NCBI GenBank assembly: GCA_964493895.1
Contig: CAZBPY010000001.1
Span: forward strand, 27,233-91,232
DNA from: an uncultured Candidatus Saccharibacteria bacterium
GTDB taxonomy: Bacteria > Patescibacteriota > Saccharimonadia > Saccharimonadales > JAGQNJ01
Length of the DNA: 64,000 bases
Direction: 5' to 3'
Position numbers and translations under genes: made by a program. This document shows positions 51,895 through 58,609 of the stretch, piece after piece. The number at the start of each line of letters is the position of its first letter. The first letter of the stretch is position 1. The notes under the pieces were generated by a model. It ran no database searches, was not told the origin of the DNA, and saw nothing but the letters and a program-made list of their open reading frames with translations.

Positions 51895-53535
51895 CTAGTT
51901 GTTAGCCGGCGGATTTTGCGGTGGGAAAGCGGCCGTCATTGGCGGCGGCACTGGCGGTGGAGCAGTCGGTGGCGTGTTCACCCCCGTTTGCTCTGACGGC
52001 AATCCCGGATCAGGCGGGATTGGTGATTGTTGCGGTGGCCGCGGTTGAGGTGGTGGAGCAACCGGATTTGGCGCTGGTGCCGGATTTGGCGCTGGCATAG
52101 CCGGTGGTGCTAGATTATTATTGGCACTTGGCATATTTGGCGTATTATTAACCATCAACGGAGCTGATGCCCCTGATGCAGCCGATCTCTGTGGTAATTG
52201 ATCTTCTGAATCAACAGCGGCAGCGGCTACAGCGTCACGGGCTGAATCCAAGCCAGGCAGCGGATTCGATGTCGAATCATCGCCAGGCGCCTTGGGGCTG
52301 CCCAGAGTCTTTTCGATATCTGTTAAAGTTTTGTCCTGATCAATTACAGCATCCTCGATATTAGAAAGTGTTTTATCTCCAAGATTATTGTTTGCTGGAG
52401 CAGTCGCTGAACCATGTTGACCACGTTGCATCAAAGGCTGCTCGGCTGGGGGCGCCAGTGGATCAAGAGCTGGTGATAACCCCTCTGGTTTGGCATTAGC
52501 CGTTAATGTACCGCCCCGAGATGGACCATCAGAAGGTTTGTCATCTGTCTTGGCGGATTTGTTGAACAGTCCCATGGTATTGTCATTGCCAGTTTCTTCC
52601 CTAACATCCTTGATTGGACTATTATCAGCCTTGGCTTGATTAGCTTCCGGTGCTTGCGGTTCGGGTAAAGTCGTTTCATTCGCTTCGGCCGGCTTATTTT
52701 TCGACTTTTTCTCGCTGTGATCAATCTCTAAAACACCGTTACTGCCCTCATCGTCGTCACCATTCTTGGATTTAGTCTTGGAAATTGCCGACTTGGATTG
52801 CAACTGGGTAGCCACGAGCTGTTGATTAGCTCCGGCGGCCATCAATTTGGCGCTTAGACTCATAGTTCTTGAGGTAGTTTTCTCGTTACTAAACCGCTGA
52901 GTCTGAGCCACAATACCAGTCAAAAAGGCCGTGGCCATCTGGGCATCAAAGCTGTCAGGCTTGATGGTTTCAGCCAGATCAACCAACATTTCACACAAAC
53001 TACTAGCCTGTTGATCCTGCCAATTAATGGTTCCCAGGCTGCCGGCGTTGGTATCAGTTATCGAGATAACGGTGGCGTCGTGCAAAATTCGGCCATGAGC
53101 AACAATGGCTTGGTCTAGCTCCTCTTTGGAATGAACCCCTAGGGCCATAACCACATCAACATTGAAATCTCCTTGCGAAAAGTCGAAATCCTTTTCAGAA
53201 ATCGACGTTCTATAAGGGGTGATGAAAATCTTTACAACGTTGTCTTCAACCTTATAGCGCAATTTGTCAGCCTTGGACTTGTCCAGCGAAATAATGAAAT
53301 CTCGCAAACTATCAGTGTTCTTTTCAATGGTTTTTTCTGGCTGCAAAAACTCTAGGGTTGACGGCACATCACCACTGAAAACAGCAGTAGCGTGCTTCCC
53401 CTGCTTGTTCAAAAACAAAGTCAAGCCAATGGCCGCTGCCAGCTGATCAACAGATGGGCTAGCACTAACCGTAACCAACACATTGTTAGCCTGTGTTAGG
53501 CGGTCGACGGTACTTTGCTTTGCGACTTGATCCAT
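51895..53535 (-). CDS. DHH/DHHA1-fold protein lacking catalytic motifs, with ~300-aa Pro/Ala/Asn-rich tail
   Basis: N-terminal ~250 aa collinear with NrnA-type DHH proteins. SASPSVDQ replaces HxxPDxD, ITDT replaces DHH, GIVAQTQRF replaces GIxxDTGxF. The C-terminal half is low complexity (PAPNPAPAPNPVAPPPQPRPPQQ). Confidence 0.6.
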   Translation of the reverse strand: MDQVAKQSTVDRLTQANNVLVTVSASPSVDQLAAAIGLTLFLNKQGKHATAVFSGDVPSTLEFLQPEKTIEKNTDSLRDFIISLDKSKADKLRYKVEDNVVKIFITPYRTSISEKDFDFSQGDFNVDVVMALGVHSKEELDQAIVAHGRILHDATVISITDTNAGSLGTINWQDQQASSLCEMLVDLAETIKPDSFDAQMATAFLTGIVAQTQRFSNEKTTSRTMSLSAKLMAAGANQQLVATQLQSKSAISKTKSKNGDDDEGSNGVLEIDHSEKKSKNKPAEANETTLPEPQAPEANQAKADNSPIKDVREETGNDNTMGLFNKSAKTDDKPSDGPSRGGTLTANAKPEGLSPALDPLAPPAEQPLMQRGQHGSATAPANNNLGDKTLSNIEDAVIDQDKTLTDIEKTLGSPKAPGDDSTSNPLPGLDSARDAVAAAAVDSEDQLPQRSAASGASAPLMVNNTPNMPSANNNLAPPAMPAPNPAPAPNPVAPPPQPRPPQQSPIPPDPGLPSEQTGVNTPPTAPPPVPPPMTAAFPPQNPPANN

Positions 53536-53624
53536 GTTTTTTTGTTTTAGCTATTTTCACCTTTCAGTCTACCATAAGCATCTTATTTTGTCTAGCTTAA
53601 TAAGAAAGATTTTTTACAGGAGTA

Positions 53625-53653
53625 TTTACAGGGAGGGTCATTGTTTGTATAAT
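53625..53653 (+). promoter_or_regulatory. promoter TTTACA-N17-TATAAT for rpsT
   Basis: TTTACA 53625-53630, TATAAT 53648-53653, ~50-nt leader with AAAAGGA SD. Confidence 0.55.
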
Positions 53654-53707
53654 TAATGATTAGAGCTTAATACAAATTTAATCTAAGAAAAGGATCATTA
53701 ATCTCAC

Positions 53708-54091
53708 ATGCCTATTATTAAATCTGCCAAAAAGCGAGTTCGCGTAGCCGAAAAGGCCGCTATCCGTAACAGTAGGACCAAGCGAACTATCAAGAGTGCT
53801 ATAAAGTCTTTCCAGACCGCCGTTGCGGCCAACAACACAAAGAAAGCTGATGAGGCTATGCGCCAGGCCCAAAGCGCCATTGATACGGCGGTAAAGAAGA
53901 ATTTGTGGCACACGAACAAGGGTGCCCGAAAAAAGGCTCAATTGATCAAGCAAGCCAAGGATGCCGGTCTGAAACCGGCTAAGAAGGCTGCTGCCAAATC
54001 GGCTGTCAAACCGGCCGCCGTCAAGAAGCCTGCTGCTAAAAAGCCGGTGGCCAAGAAAACTCCGGCTAAAAAATCCGCTCCTAAGAAGTAG
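53708..54091 (+). CDS. rpsT: 30S ribosomal protein S20 with Lys/Ala/Pro-rich C-terminal extension
   Basis: MPIIKSAKKRVRVAEKAAIRNSRTKRTIKSAIK... S20 core (~85 aa), then GLKPAKKAAAKSAVKPAAVKKPAAKKPVAKKTPAKKSAPKK. Confidence 0.85.
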   Translation: MPIIKSAKKRVRVAEKAAIRNSRTKRTIKSAIKSFQTAVAANNTKKADEAMRQAQSAIDTAVKKNLWHTNKGARKKAQLIKQAKDAGLKPAKKAAAKSAVKPAAVKKPAAKKPVAKKTPAKKSAPKK

Positions 54092-55004
54092 TCAAACTCA
54101 ACAAGAATTGTTTAAGGGCGTCATCAGCGTCAACAGTGCGGGTTTTCAGCATAACCTCTAGTTGAACTGCCTGACGTACTAGCGATTTCAGTTTGGCCAA
54201 TGACATATCCCGCGCCAACCCTAGTGATTTTTGAACCACAAACGGATGGAGACCGGCCGCCTTGGCTATTTCCGACGCGGACTTCTGCTTGGCGGTTTTG
54301 ACCACTGCCAAGATATGCAACTGCCAGCCGATCATGCTCATTATGTAAATCGGCTCAACCCGTTGCCGCCGCTGATCATCATAAATAGACAAAGCCTTTT
54401 CCTGCCGGCCTTTAAATCCGGCTTCCAGCAGCTCAAAAACAGTCGTCGATGGCTGTGGTTCGGTCAACTGGTCAATAGTCTGACGGGTAACTTTGGGGTT
54501 AAAAAGCACCAACTTATCAAGTTCATTGCTCAGACGAAGCTGGTCCGTACCGACAAAGTCAATCAGGTGTTGGGCACTAGCTCGATCAAGGCTGCCGCCC
54601 TTCTCTTTGGCGGCTTGGACTAGCCAGGCTATGGTTTCGTCCGGCGACAAGCTGCTAAAATCTCGCCAATCACTCTGTTCCTTGAGAGTTTTAATATATG
54701 CTGCCCGTTTATCTAATTTATCGATCACCAACACGACAGTGGTTTCGTCCGGCGCTTGATTTAGGAGGGTTTCTAGCTGATCGGTCAGGGTTTTATTGGC
54801 TTCAAAACTTTCAATAACCACCAGCTTTTGATCGTTGAATAAGGATGAAGCCACCGCAGCATTCAAAATTTGTTCAGTTTCATGTTCGCTGCTATCAAAA
54901 CGCTCTATTGACAGAGGTCCGTGAGCCTTAACAAACTCATTAATCTGCCGATTTAACTCCGATTTAACCTTGTGCCGATTGTCGCCGGTTAAGGTGATAA
55001 CCAT
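54081..55004 (-). CDS. holA: DNA polymerase III delta subunit
   Basis: 307 aa. Clamp-loader delta layout (FDSSEHE.., LVVIESFEAN, LVIDKLDKRAAY.., C-terminal helical domain). The 3' end overlaps rpsT by 11 nt (convergent). Confidence 0.7.
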   Translation of the reverse strand: MVITLTGDNRHKVKSELNRQINEFVKAHGPLSIERFDSSEHETEQILNAAVASSLFNDQKLVVIESFEANKTLTDQLETLLNQAPDETTVVLVIDKLDKRAAYIKTLKEQSDWRDFSSLSPDETIAWLVQAAKEKGGSLDRASAQHLIDFVGTDQLRLSNELDKLVLFNPKVTRQTIDQLTEPQPSTTVFELLEAGFKGRQEKALSIYDDQRRQRVEPIYIMSMIGWQLHILAVVKTAKQKSASEIAKAAGLHPFVVQKSLGLARDMSLAKLKSLVRQAVQLEVMLKTRTVDADDALKQFLLSLTTS

Positions 55005-55006
55005 GG

Positions 55007-55804
55007 CTACTTCTCTTTCAAGTCAGCAATAACCATTGAGCCGTCGGTACCGTATTCGTGACCAAAACCATTGCGGGCTTTGTAGGGCGAAAAGAAATGA
55101 TCAATTCGCTTGACCTTTTTAATCTGGCCGGCATCTTGAAGAGTTTTGATTAGAAAATCCCGTTCCTTGTCAGCGTCGGAATGGATAGCGTGCGTAAACT
55201 GAATTGTAAACAGCGACAACCCAACATTTTTGTCATAGGTAGCCGCCCCTAGCCAGTCTGCTTTATAGCCGCCTGGCAAGAACCAATTGCGCGGTGTCCG
55301 CCAGAAGCGTACATGGTGACGGACCCGCGGGCTACCGCCAACTTGAATCTCAAAACCAACAGCGTGGCGTTTGCCGAACAAAAAGCCTCTGCTCATTGGC
55401 GCCGATGGATAGCTTTGGTCAAAAATTACGGCTTTGATAGTCTTCCAGAGACTTTTCGGTGTAATATCTTCGGCCCTTGTCCAACCAGCAGCCTCCATAG
55501 CCCGAATTAAGTCGTGCTTGCCGCCATTTAGACCCATATTAACCGGATCGCTTAAAATGCCGTCGGCTGTTCGGCTGCGACCAATAAAGTTGCTTGGCAC
55601 ATAAAGCCGGGTCAAAAATCTATGAATTCCAGGTAAGGCTACGTAGGCCGTAAACAGCCACAGGACTACCAATGCAATCAAGAAGTTTGTTCGCCGCCAA
55701 ACATCCGGCAGGAAGTAAACATAAGCAATGGCGATAATCACCAGGGGTGCCAGCAGGATGATGAGGCGTTTAATTAGAACAGCAAATCGGTTGACGTATT
55801 TCAT
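55007..55804 (-). CDS. membrane protein with LssY-C-like domain (uncertain)
   Basis: Two N-terminal TM helices. The soluble domain (DPVNMGLNG...AGWTRAE...HHVRFWR) resembles the LssY C-terminal family as I recall it. Confidence 0.4.
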   Translation of the reverse strand: MKYVNRFAVLIKRLIILLAPLVIIAIAYVYFLPDVWRRTNFLIALVVLWLFTAYVALPGIHRFLTRLYVPSNFIGRSRTADGILSDPVNMGLNGGKHDLIRAMEAAGWTRAEDITPKSLWKTIKAVIFDQSYPSAPMSRGFLFGKRHAVGFEIQVGGSPRVRHHVRFWRTPRNWFLPGGYKADWLGAATYDKNVGLSLFTIQFTHAIHSDADKERDFLIKTLQDAGQIKKVKRIDHFFSPYKARNGFGHEYGTDGSMVIADLKEK

Positions 55805-56694
55805 TTATTCCCTTTAAGTTTTGGTCTCGGCTGGCAAGTTGGACAGGTGTGAGTTCCCCGGCCGGCCACGCGCGATTTCTCTATAATTGTACCGCAAACT
55901 AAGCAGGGTTGCCCATCGCGGCGAAAAACTTTGGCAAACGTTAAATAACTTCCCTGTCTGCCTTTAGCATCGACGTAGTTGCGATCCGTCGAGCCGCCCT
56001 TTTTTATACTCAGCCTCAGCACTGACTGCAGCTCGCTAAATAACTTTTTCAGTTTGGTTTTTGGAATATCTTTGACCAGTGTCAACGGATGAATCTTAGC
56101 CGCAAACAGCGATTCATCAGCATAGATATTGCCAATGCCGGCAACGACTGTTTGGTCTAGCAAGACCGCCTTGATATTCGATTTTGGCCGCCGAAGGAGT
56201 CTGTCTATAAATTGCTGAGCCGTAAAATCATTAGCCAGCGGCTCGGGTCCGACGCGACGAAAAAAATCAATCTCGGGAATTTCAATGGTTGGCACCAGCC
56301 TCATCCAGCCAAATTTTCGCTGATCGTTAAAGAATAATTTGCTGTCACCTAGATCCAAAGTTACCCGCGTCGACTTATCCGGCAACCTGCCGACTAGACT
56401 TTTGGTGGGATGACCGGCTCCGAAACTTGAAGCCTCATCATTGGCTCGAAATACCAACTGACCAGTCATTTTCAGATGAATTATCAGAGAATAGTCGCTG
56501 TCGAGGTCAATGATTAAAACTTTAGCTCGGCGGCGAACATCAGTCATCTGAGCGCCAATCAGAAATTGCTTAACATCGGTGCTAGCATTGGGAAAGCTTT
56601 TGGGATTGTCAAAATTAACTGATTTAATCTTGCGGCCTGGCAGTAATTGCAACAAACCTAATCGTACTGTCTCAACCTCAGGTAACTCTGGCAT
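55801..56694 (-). CDS. mutM: formamidopyrimidine-DNA glycosylase
   Basis: MPELPEVETV N-terminus, H2TH region, C-terminal zinc finger CLVCGTIIEK...GRGTHTCPTCQ. TACAAT lies 6 nt upstream of the ATG. Confidence 0.9.
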   Translation of the reverse strand: MPELPEVETVRLGLLQLLPGRKIKSVNFDNPKSFPNASTDVKQFLIGAQMTDVRRRAKVLIIDLDSDYSLIIHLKMTGQLVFRANDEASSFGAGHPTKSLVGRLPDKSTRVTLDLGDSKLFFNDQRKFGWMRLVPTIEIPEIDFFRRVGPEPLANDFTAQQFIDRLLRRPKSNIKAVLLDQTVVAGIGNIYADESLFAAKIHPLTLVKDIPKTKLKKLFSELQSVLRLSIKKGGSTDRNYVDAKGRQGSYLTFAKVFRRDGQPCLVCGTIIEKSRVAGRGTHTCPTCQPRPKLKGNK

Positions 56695-56726
56695 TCATTT
56701 ATTGTACCTAGTTGCGAGTAGTACGG

Positions 56727-57080
56727 CTAGGCAGCATCTATAAACAAATCGGCGTAGGCTGCGCTTGGACCGTCTTGGGTCGATATTAACATCAAGCCGG
56801 CATCTTCAGGGTTGACTCCTGAAATTTCTAGCTCACCTCTGACCACAGCTTTTAGCGCACCCATCACGATTTCTGCACTTGCGTCTCTTAGCGTAATCAT
56901 CTCATTATCTAACAAAAGATGATGCTCGTCAGTTTGATCAAGCACCATAGAAAGCACCGGAATATATGGATCTTCCGGAGACCTGTCTCGCAAAATTGCC
57001 TCGGCACATTCAGCTTCTTTTCGAAACCGAATATCTAGCCACTCGATTTTGCCTTCTTCGGTTTTACCAAGTAGCGCCAT
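56727..57080 (-). CDS. hypothetical acidic protein
   Basis: 117-aa ORF with a TATAAT (57116-57121) promoter and ~35-nt leader. No motif recognised. Confidence 0.45.
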   Translation of the reverse strand: MALLGKTEEGKIEWLDIRFRKEAECAEAILRDRSPEDPYIPVLSMVLDQTDEHHLLLDNEMITLRDASAEIVMGALKAVVRGELEISGVNPEDAGLMLISTQDGPSAAYADLFIDAA

Positions 57081-57168
57081 GGCATTTACCTTGTTTATTT
57101 TTCGCTTACGCTTTAATTATAGCTCGCTTGGCAAGTGGATTACAAGAAAAGTCCGTATAATTAAGTTT

Positions 57169-57408
57169 ATGAGCGACCTTACCGACATATTGGCTCGCAA
57201 AAAGCTACCCCAGGAACCGCCGGAATTCCCGGTTATTAGACGGTTTGTTAAAGAGCGTCTGGATATTACGCCTCGGCTGCAAATTCGCGATCAAAGTATT
57301 ATTATCTCGGTGTCGGGCTCAGCGGCGGCTGGTTCATTACGATTTATTCTGCATGAGCTGCAGGACCAACTAGACAGCAATTATCGGTTGGTAATTTCCA
57401 GTTATTAA
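57169..57408 (+). CDS. small DUF721/DciA-like protein (tentative)
   Basis: ATG 57169 is preceded by TATAAT at 7 nt; the upstream part of the track ORF overlaps the divergent gene. PRLQIRDQSIIISVSGSAAAGSLRFILHELQDQL resembles the DUF721 core pattern. Confidence 0.4.
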   Translation: MSDLTDILARKKLPQEPPEFPVIRRFVKERLDITPRLQIRDQSIIISVSGSAAAGSLRFILHELQDQLDSNYRLVISSY

Positions 57409-57989
57409 AATTCAGTGCCGGTGCGAAGGGCTTTATATTGTTCGCGCGGCAATTGTTCGTTGAATAACTTCACGATGTCGTCTAATTTACCGTCGAAACT
57501 GCCATCGCTACGGCGGCAACTAGTCGCCCATAGTGATTTAGGGGTGTTCTCGTCACTGCCAATAAATTCAAATGTATAGCGCAGACGGTTGGCGCAGGCT
57601 CCATCATACTGAACTCTTGGATCAGGTAATTTTTCTTTTGTGAAGTCGGCATTGTGCAAAGCCGACAAGAAACTGCGAAATGAGTCAGAGTTGCCGGGAG
57701 TTTGTTCTATGCGAACTACATTGCCCTGAAAGCCATTTATCAGTTCGCCGACAGTTTGATCATTACCAACTGTAATGACAAGCTGCTGGTGTTCCTGGTC
57801 GCTCTTTATAGCACCACGTATAGACATTCGCACCTTCACATCGCTATCAGCATAATCAGTGATGCTGGATTGAGTTGGATCAAGAATTGAACCCCTGCTG
57901 CCACCCCAATCGATGGAGAAGATAAGAAATGACACAAGTATGATAAACCCCACGACACCCAGGGCTAATATCATTCGTCTCCCATTCAT
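57405..57989 (-). CDS. N-terminally anchored hypothetical protein
   Basis: The third Met of the track ORF (MNGRRMILALGVVGFIILVSFLIF) is preceded by TGtTATTAT at 6 nt. Single TM. Confidence 0.5.
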   Translation of the reverse strand: MNGRRMILALGVVGFIILVSFLIFSIDWGGSRGSILDPTQSSITDYADSDVKVRMSIRGAIKSDQEHQQLVITVGNDQTVGELINGFQGNVVRIEQTPGNSDSFRSFLSALHNADFTKEKLPDPRVQYDGACANRLRYTFEFIGSDENTPKSLWATSCRRSDGSFDGKLDDIVKLFNEQLPREQYKALRTGTEF

Positions 57990-58057
57990 GACCATATAAT
58001 AACACTCTTATGATATTTTAGCAACCTAAGCTGGAGTCGCGTATAATCATAAGCAAT

Positions 58058-58609
58058 ATGGGAAAACGCCGTCGATACGCTGATGATTCTACTGAAAGTG
58101 TAAGCCTGCTATTAAAGTTCCGACTGCCCTGGCTGTTTATAGGTGTTTGCCTAAGTTTGTGTACTGCTGTTTTGGTTTCTAAATTCGAGCACATCCTCCA
58201 AGCTGACCCCAGTCTGGTCTTTTTCATACCCTTGATTGTCTATATCAGCGATGCCGTCGGCACCCAGACAGCCAGCATCTACATTCACAACCTTGGCAAA
58301 AAACAAGCTCCATTTAGGTTATATTTTGTTAAAGAACTACTGGTTGGACTCTGTTTAGGCGTAATTTTCGGCCTATTCGTAGCCGGCGTCATTCACTATT
58401 GGCTGCACTTGCAGCCGGTAGCTGCTACGGTCGGCCTAGCCATGGCTGTTAGCGTCACCATCGCCACCATATTTTCTTTGTCAGTAACTTCAGTGATGAA
58501 TCGCCTCGGGGTTGATCCGGCTAGCGGTGTCGACCCGGTTGTCTCGGTCCTCCAAGATGTCATAAGCATCTCGATATACCTAATAGTCGCCACTTTGATC
58601 ATCTTCTAA
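58058..58609 (+). CDS. MgtE-family divalent cation channel, transmembrane module only
   Basis: LLLKFRLPWLFIGVCLS connecting-helix motif, PLIVYISDAVGTQTASI, DPASGVDPVVSVLQDVISISIY. Lacks the N-domain and CBS pair of full-length MgtE. Confidence 0.7.
   Translation: MGKRRRYADDSTESVSLLLKFRLPWLFIGVCLSLCTAVLVSKFEHILQADPSLVFFIPLIVYISDAVGTQTASIYIHNLGKKQAPFRLYFVKELLVGLCLGVIFGLFVAGVIHYWLHLQPVAATVGLAMAVSVTIATIFSLSVTSVMNRLGVDPASGVDPVVSVLQDVISISIYLIVATLIIF

Noticed and set aside
53653-53701. Inverted repeat TTAATGAT (53653-53660) / ATCATTAA (53694-53701) that would sequester the rpsT SD in an RNA hairpin.
   Set aside because: The 5' arm overlaps the -10 hexamer and lies upstream of the expected TSS (~53660), so it is probably not in the transcript. 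It remains possible only as a DNA-level operator, which I cannot support.
53678-53953. Two minus-strand ORFs (91 and 71 aa) antisense to rpsT.
   Set aside because: The plus-strand frame encodes an unmistakable S20 with its own promoter and SD. The antisense frames are artefacts of the Lys/Ala-rich coding sequence.
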